The position numbers were made by a program, and so were the translations under genes. The notes under the pieces are model-generated. The model saw nothing but the letters and a program-made list of their open reading frames with translations. It was not told where the DNA came from and did no database searches. A stretch of 64,000 nucleotides of DNA from Pseudomonadota bacterium (lineage in GTDB: Bacteria; Pseudomonadota; Alphaproteobacteria; Rhizobiales; JAKPQE01), in the NCBI GenBank assembly GCA_029572955.1, contig JAKPQE010000034.1:116968-180967 (forward strand). Direction: 5' to 3'. The number at the start of each line of letters is the position of its first letter. Positions within the stretch are counted from its first letter, which is position 1. Below are positions 58,888 through 64,000 of this stretch, one piece after another.

Positions 58888-60336
58888 TCAGCGCGCTTGC
58901 CCGGGCGCCTGCGGCGGCCAGGCGGAAATGGAAGCCGTCATCGGCGCGCCGGTATGGCTCCGCGGCGCCGGCCGGCTACCGAAATCGACGCGCACCGTGT
59001 TGCCGGCGGACGGCAGCGCACCGTTGTGCGGCGGATAGACCGCGATGCCGACGCCGGTCACCGTGTTCGAGCCGCGCTGCTCCGGCAGGGCGCCGCCCCG
59101 GCCGCCGCCCGCCTCGGGCGTGAAGCCGCCCGGCGGAAACCCCTGGCCGGAAACCGGGCCGGTCGAATAGGGCAGATTCTTGTCCCGCCCGGCGGTACCG
59201 ACCGGCTGCCCGGGTGCGAACGGCATGCCCGGCGCGGCCGGCGCGTATGTCGGCGCGCCACCGTTCCAGGGACTCGCGGCGCCGGCCGGCACGGTCGGGC
59301 TCGGCCGTTCCGGTGCCGGCGGCGGAGCGTAGGCCGGCGCGGCGTAAGGATAGCCCGGCATGCCATAGGCCGGCGGGTAGGGCGCGGCGAAGCCGTAGCC
59401 GGGCATCGGGCCGTAGCCCGCGGGCGGCACCGGGCCACCGGGATAACCAGCGGCGGGCGCCGGCCAGGCCGGAGGCGCCGGCGGGCGCCCGCCATATCCG
59501 CCGTAGCCGTCGACCCGCGGCGGCGCACCATAGGGCCGATAGCCCGGATACGCCGTTCCCCCCTGCGAGTCGGCCGTTCCCCCCTCCGGCGGGAAGTCCG
59601 AATAGCGCGGCATGCCCGGATAGCCCGGCGCACCCGGCGCCGCCGGTCCGGCCGCCCCGGCGGGCGGCACCGCATTTCCCGCGCCGTCGCTGCCGCCCCA
59701 TCCGGGGCCGGACCAGTCGTGACGGCCGCTGGCATAGTGATCGTTGACCGAGATCGGCTCGGCGCCGGTGTGCGGCAGCGGCCAGGGCGCCCCGCCCTGC
59801 CCCCAGGCCGGCACCGGAACACCGTCGCCCGACATACCGGACATGCCCGACATGCCGGACATGCTGTCCATCGGCATCGGCATCGGCATCGGCGCACCGG
59901 CCGGTCCGCCGAGCGGCATATAGCCCGGCGCCTGCAGCGGCGTGCTGCCGCCGACGGCCGAGAAGCTGCCGACCGCATCCTTCTCCGAAGCAGCGGAGGC
60001 GTCCTTCCTGTCCTGCTCGGGATCGTAGCCGACCGGCGGATAGGCGCCGAACTGACCGGCCTGCGCCATCTGCGGTCCGACCGCCGCCGGCTCCCAGGCC
60101 GCCGCCGCGGGTCCCGCCCCCGGCAGCCGGTGCTCGACCGCGGTGAGTTCGCAGCAGCGCTGGCGGCCGAAATCGACGTTCCCCGTCTCCGGCAGCAGCA
60201 TCGCGGTGCGGGCCGCCACGTCCCGTCCGGCCGCCTCGGCCGGCGTGTCGATCACCCCGCGCGCTGCCGGCAGCGCCATGGCCAGGGCCCCGAGGCCGGC
60301 CATCGTCAGCAAATGAACCTTCTTCAGTGCCATCAC
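58888..60336 (-). CDS. secreted protein D: large Pro/Gly/Ala/Tyr/Met low-complexity protein
   Basis: 482 aa. Signal-like MMALKKVHLLTMAGLGALAMALPAARG. PMPMPMPMDSMSGMSGMSGMSG block plus GYGGYGG and [16 protein letters not shown] motifs. The start GTGATG overlaps the RND stop TGA, with AAGGGAGGG upstream. Confidence 0.65.
   Translation of the reverse strand: MMALKKVHLLTMAGLGALAMALPAARGVIDTPAEAAGRDVAARTAMLLPETGNVDFGRQRCCELTAVEHRLPGAGPAAAAWEPAAVGPQMAQAGQFGAYPPVGYDPEQDRKDASAASEKDAVGSFSAVGGSTPLQAPGYMPLGGPAGAPMPMPMPMDSMSGMSGMSGMSGDGVPVPAWGQGGAPWPLPHTGAEPISVNDHYASGRHDWSGPGWGGSDGAGNAVPPAGAAGPAAPGAPGYPGMPRYSDFPPEGGTADSQGGTAYPGYRPYGAPPRVDGYGGYGGRPPAPPAWPAPAAGYPGGPVPPAGYGPMPGYGFAAPYPPAYGMPGYPYAAPAYAPPPAPERPSPTVPAGAASPWNGGAPTYAPAAPGMPFAPGQPVGTAGRDKNLPYSTGPVSGQGFPPGGFTPEAGGGRGGALPEQRGSNTVTGVGIAVYPPHNGALPSAGNTVRVDFGSRPAPRSHTGAPMTASISAWPPQAPGQAR
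59831..59893. repeat. in-frame microsatellites inside gene D (9-bp x4 then 6-bp x4)
   Basis: gacataccg-gacatgccc-gacatgccg-gacatgctg, then (catcgg)x4. These encode (MSG)4 and (MP)3-4. Confidence 0.75.
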
Positions 60337-63300
60337 CCGTGCCCTCCCTTGGCTTTCCGGGTTGCGACGCGGCGCGCCTTGCGCATGTCCGCCCGCGACT
60401 GCCGCCGCCGCTCGCCGTGGCGAGCCTGGCCGGCGGCATTCTCATCGCCGTCATCCGGCGAGATCTCGGTATCGTCGTGTTCGTCGTCGTCCGCCGTGAC
60501 CGGCGCCGCGACCACCATCGGCTCGTCTTCGACGAGAACCGGCTTTGCCGTCTTCGGCGGCGCCTTGCGCGCCGGCTCGGCATCAACGCTGTGATCGGCC
60601 TTGCGCGCCACTGCGGCGGCGGCCGACCGCGGCTTTGCCTTCGCCGCGCGCGGCTTCGGCGCTTCGGCCGGCGTCTCGGCCACCGGCTCGTCGGCGACCT
60701 CGGCAGTCTCGGCGGCGGCGCTCTCGGCCCGCTCTTCCGCGGCCGCATCGAGGATCAATTCCGCTTCGGCAGCCGCTTCGGCATCCATGTCGGCCGTGTC
60801 GGTGTCGTCGTCCGTCATCGTGCCGGCGGCGTGCGGCGCCGCTTCGGCCGCGACGGCCACTTCGTCAGCACCGGTCTCGGAGAAGATCTCGTCCGCCTCG
60901 AGCGCGGCCTCGGCCTCGTCACCGGCGACTTCGTCCTCGGCTTCCATCGCCGCCACCGCTGCAGCGGCAGCCGCCGCGGCCGACGTCACCGCCTTCGACG
61001 TGGTCTCGGCAGGCGCCGGGGCCGGGGTCGGAGCTGGAGTAGCCGCCGGAGCGGGTGCCGGGGCCGCCGCCTCGGCGACGGGCTCGCTCTTGGCCGGCGC
61101 GGCCTTGGCCGGAGCCGCGGCAGCCGGGGTCGCGGCTGCGGTCGGCGCTGCCGGCGCGGGCTGCGGCTTCGGCGCACCACCGCCGCCACCGCCACCGCCG
61201 GTCGGACCGCTCGGCGGCTTCGGCCGCTTGAAGATGCCCTTCGCGGTTTCCTTGATGAACAGCCACAGGAACGTCGGCAGGGCGCGGATCGCATAGAAGA
61301 CGAAGGTGATCTTCTCCGGGTCGATGACCTTGGAGACCAGCGCCTTGATGCCCATCCAGGCCATGATGAACACCGCCCGGACCATGTAGAAGGCCATCAT
61401 CAGCGCCTGGCCGATGCGGCCGGGCTCCGAGGGCGCCTCGTCGACGGCGGCCACCGCGCCGTTCTCGCCGAGGCTCGAGCGCGCCTTGACGCAGGCCAGC
61501 GGGATCAGCATCAGCGTCAGCAGGGTCGAGACCATGCCGCCGAACATCAGCGAGATCGCCATGCCCTGGAAGATCGGGTCGGTGATGATGACGCTCGAGC
61601 CGGCGACGAGGGCGAGCGCCGTGATCAGGATCGGCCGGGTACGCGTGCGCGCCGCCTGCAGCACCGCCTCGCGCGGCGCCATTCCGGCCATCACCGCCTG
61701 CTGCGAGAAGTCGACGAGCAGGATCGAGTTGCGCACGATGATGCCGGCGAGCGCGATGAAGCCGATCATCGAGGTCGCGGTGAACTCGGCGCCGAGCAGC
61801 ATGTGGCCGGGCACGATGCCGATCAGCGTCAGCGGGATCGGCGCCATGATGATGCCGGGCAGGCGGAAGTTTCCGAACTCCCAGACGACCAGCATGTAGA
61901 TCATCACCATGGCCGCCGCGAAGGCGATGCCCATGTCGCGGAACGTCTCGTAGGTGACGGTCCACTCGCCGGTCCACTCGAAGGCCGAGGTGAAGCTGTC
62001 TTCCGGCGGGCCGATCCAGTTGGCGTCGAGCTTGACGCCGTCGGGCGCCGTGTAGTCCTCGAGCAGGTGCTCGACCTCGATCATGCCGTAGATCGGCGCG
62101 CCGAGACGGCCGGCGACGTCGCCGGTGACGTATTCGATCGGCCTGAGGTCCTTGTGATAGATCACGAGGTCTTCCGGCAGGCGGTCGAAGCGGCCGAGCT
62201 CGGCGATCGGCACCATGGTGCCGGCCTGCGAGCGGATCGGAATCTCGCCGAGGCGCGACATCTGGCTGCGCACCTCGAGCGGCGCCTGCAGCACGATGAA
62301 GCGCGGCTCGAGCTCGTGGCCGAGCTTGGCGTCGCCGAGGCGGAAGCCGCCGAGCGCCATCGCCAGCTGCTCGTTGACCGAGGCGATGGTGACGCCCTTC
62401 AGGGCCGCCTTCTGGCGATCGATCATGAACTGCCAGCGCTGGTAATGCGCGGTCAGGTAATTGTCGACGTCGACGACCGAGGGCGCCTTCTCGAAGATCG
62501 CGGTCAGATCCTCGGCGACGCGCCGCCGGGTCGTGGCATCGGGACCGTAGACTTCGGCGACCAGCGTCTGCAGCACCGGCGGTCCGGGCGGCATTTCGAT
62601 GACCGCGACCTTGGCGCCCATTTCCTTGGCGATCGGGCTCAGCGCGGCGCGCGCCGCCACGGCGATCTGGTGGCTCGAGCGGTCACGGTCGCTCTTGTTG
62701 ACGAGCTGGACCTGGACGTCGGCCTCCCAGGGGTGCTGGCGCAGGTAGTAGTGCCGCACCAAGCCGTTGAAGTTGAACGGCGAGGCGGTGCCGGCATAGC
62801 TCTGCACCGCCGTCACTTCCTCCATCTCGAGCAGCTTGTCGGCCACCCGCTGGGCGACGTTCGCGGTGGTCGCCAGCGCCGTGCCTTCCGGCATGTTGAT
62901 GACGACGTTGAACTCCGGCTTGTTGTCGAAGGGCAGCATCTTCACGGCGACATGCGTCGTGTAGAAGGCCATGCAGAACAGCAGGAACACGCCCCAGATC
63001 GCGAGCTTCAGGATGCGGTTCTTGGCCTTGCTCTCCATGAACGGCACGAGCAGGCGCTTGTAGAAGCGGCCGAGCGACTCGCTCTGGCGGTGCTCCTTGT
63101 CCTGCGCCTTGGAGAGCTGGGCCAGCGACGGCCGGATGCGGTAGGCGAGCCACGGCGTGAACACGAAGGCGGCGAACAGCGAGAACAGCATCGCCACCGA
63201 GCCGAGCGCCGGGATCGGCTCCATGTAGGGGCCCATCATGCCCGACACGAAGCCCATCGGCAGCAGTGCCGCGATGACGGTGAAGGTCGCCAGAATGGTC

Positions 63301-64000
63301 GGGTTGCCGACCTCGCGCACCGCGTCGACCGTCGTCTCGGTGTCGATGTCGCCCTTCAGCAGCCAGCGCCGGTAGATGTTCTCCACGACGACGATCGCGT
63401 CGTCGACGAGGATGCCGATCGAGAAGATCAGCGCGAACAGGGACACGCGGTCGATGGTGTAGTTGAGCACCCAGGCCGCGAAGACGGTGATCAGGATGAC
63501 CACCGGGATGACGATCAGCACCACGGTCGCCGCCCGGATGCCGAGCGCCATCAGGATCAGGATGGTGACCGCGCCGGTCGCCACGAACAGCTTGAAGATC
63601 AGCTCGTTGACCTTCTCGTTCGCGGTCTCGCCGTAGTTCCGGGTGATCGACACCTGGACGTCGCCCGGGATCACCCGACCCTTCAGGTAGTCGACCTTCT
63701 CGAGAATCGCGTCGGCGACGGTGACGCCGTTGGTGCCGGTCTTCTTGGCGATCGCGATGGTGACCGCGGCAGCGCCCCCGTCGGCCCGCACGCTCGCGTC
63801 CTCGGCCGCCGGGCCGGTGAAGTACTGGACGACGCTGTCCGCCTCGCCCGGCCCCTCGATGACATTGGCCACATCGCGCAGATAGACCGGGCTGCCATTG
63901 AAGGTGCCGACGACGAGGCGTTCCAGGTCCGCCGCATGCTCGAGGAATTCGCCGGAATAGACGGTGAAGCTCGTGCCATCCATTTCGGCCTGGCCGACCT
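60333..64000 (-). CDS. RND superfamily efflux permease (N-terminus beyond right window edge) with ~380-aa C-terminal extension
   Basis: The frame is open to position 64000. RND core motifs FSIGILVDDAIVVVENIYRR and GFIALAGIIVRNSILLVDF. After the last core TM (about 61480) come two extra hydrophobic helices, a Gly8 run, and a ~300-aa Ala/Pro/Glu/Asp-rich tail ending in a basic RRRQSRADMRKARRVATRKAKGGHG. Confidence 0.85.
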   Translation of the reverse strand, partial: VGQAEMDGTSFTVYSGEFLEHAADLERLVVGTFNGSPVYLRDVANVIEGPGEADSVVQYFTGPAAEDASVRADGGAAAVTIAIAKKTGTNGVTVADAILEKVDYLKGRVIPGDVQVSITRNYGETANEKVNELIFKLFVATGAVTILILMALGIRAATVVLIVIPVVILITVFAAWVLNYTIDRVSLFALIFSIGILVDDAIVVVENIYRRWLLKGDIDTETTVDAVREVGNPTILATFTVIAALLPMGFVSGMMGPYMEPIPALGSVAMLFSLFAAFVFTPWLAYRIRPSLAQLSKAQDKEHRQSESLGRFYKRLLVPFMESKAKNRILKLAIWGVFLLFCMAFYTTHVAVKMLPFDNKPEFNVVINMPEGTALATTANVAQRVADKLLEMEEVTAVQSYAGTASPFNFNGLVRHYYLRQHPWEADVQVQLVNKSDRDRSSHQIAVAARAALSPIAKEMGAKVAVIEMPPGPPVLQTLVAEVYGPDATTRRRVAEDLTAIFEKAPSVVDVDNYLTAHYQRWQFMIDRQKAALKGVTIASVNEQLAMALGGFRLGDAKLGHELEPRFIVLQAPLEVRSQMSRLGEIPIRSQAGTMVPIAELGRFDRLPEDLVIYHKDLRPIEYVTGDVAGRLGAPIYGMIEVEHLLEDYTAPDGVKLDANWIGPPEDSFTSAFEWTGEWTVTYETFRDMGIAFAAAMVMIYMLVVWEFGNFRLPGIIMAPIPLTLIGIVPGHMLLGAEFTATSMIGFIALAGIIVRNSILLVDFSQQAVMAGMAPREAVLQAARTRTRPILITALALVAGSSVIITDPIFQGMAISLMFGGMVSTLLTLMLIPLACVKARSSLGENGAVAAVDEAPSEPGRIGQALMMAFYMVRAVFIMAWMGIKALVSKVIDPEKITFVFYAIRALPTFLWLFIKETAKGIFKRPKPPSGPTGGGGGGGGAPKPQPAPAAPTAAATPAAAAPAKAAPAKSEPVAEAAAPAPAPAATPAPTPAPAPAETTSKAVTSAAAAAAAAVAAMEAEDEVAGDEAEAALEADEIFSETGADEVAVAAEAAPHAAGTMTDDDTDTADMDAEAAAEAELILDAAAEERAESAAAETAEVADEPVAETPAEAPKPRAAKAKPRSAAAAVARKADHSVDAEPARKAPPKTAKPVLVEDEPMVVAAPVTADDDEHDDTEISPDDGDENAAGQARHGERRRQSRADMRKARRVATRKAKGGHG

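Noticed and set aside
58897-60748. Alternate-frame ORFs (565 aa on the plus strand, 590 aa and 306 aa on the minus strand) over protein D and the RND tail
   Set aside because: These are Arg-rich translations without signal peptides or coupling signals. The chosen frame has stop/start overlap with the RND gene and a signal-like N-terminus. Because the sequence is low complexity, this choice still needs experimental support.

Overview
High-GC alphaproteobacterial (Hyphomicrobiales/Rhizobiales-like, by inference) chromosomal segment, densely coded on both strands. Most of it is ordinary housekeeping and transport: dapF, pdxY, xerC, fsa/tal, priA, a TerC-family gene, a lytic transglycosylase, yggT-DUF167-folD, argG, korAB, copA, emrAB, can, nhaA, rlmN, purA and a tRNA-Glu(CUC). 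Because of the GC content the six-frame track is full of long spurious antisense or alternate-frame ORFs. I kept only ORFs with recognisable family motifs, plausible starts/RBS, or signal peptides. Accessory or unusual content: (1) A minus-strand block at about 55.8-64 kb. It holds an RND efflux permease with two extra helices and a roughly 300-aa disordered Ala/Pro/Glu tail. This is translationally coupled to a chain of signal-peptide-bearing Gly/Pro/Tyr/Trp/Met low-complexity proteins, followed by a LolA/DUF4412-like protein with a tandem-repeat tail and a DUF302 protein. This is my best candidate for an undescribed system. (2) A conserved but functionally uncharacterised RLAN-ATP-grasp (RimK-like) plus GNAT-papain-like peptidase gene pair. 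(3) An orphan HypX/HoxX-like formyltransferase-crotonase fusion with no hydrogenase genes nearby. (4) A RES/Xre (DUF2384) toxin-antitoxin pair in a lower-GC pocket. (5) A REP-associated tyrosine transposase (RAYT) bracketed by two 96-bp REP doublets. (6) A catalytically degenerate ketosynthase-like orphan next to an AT-rich spacer and a structured TerC leader. (7) A second REP-like hairpin repeat family at two loci. (8) A MerR/CueR-type 19-bp-spacer promoter in front of copA, whose two HMA domains are near-identical at DNA level. No CRISPR array, rRNA, prophage or IS element other than the RAYT was seen. All coordinates of hairpins and starts were derived by hand and may be off by a few nt.
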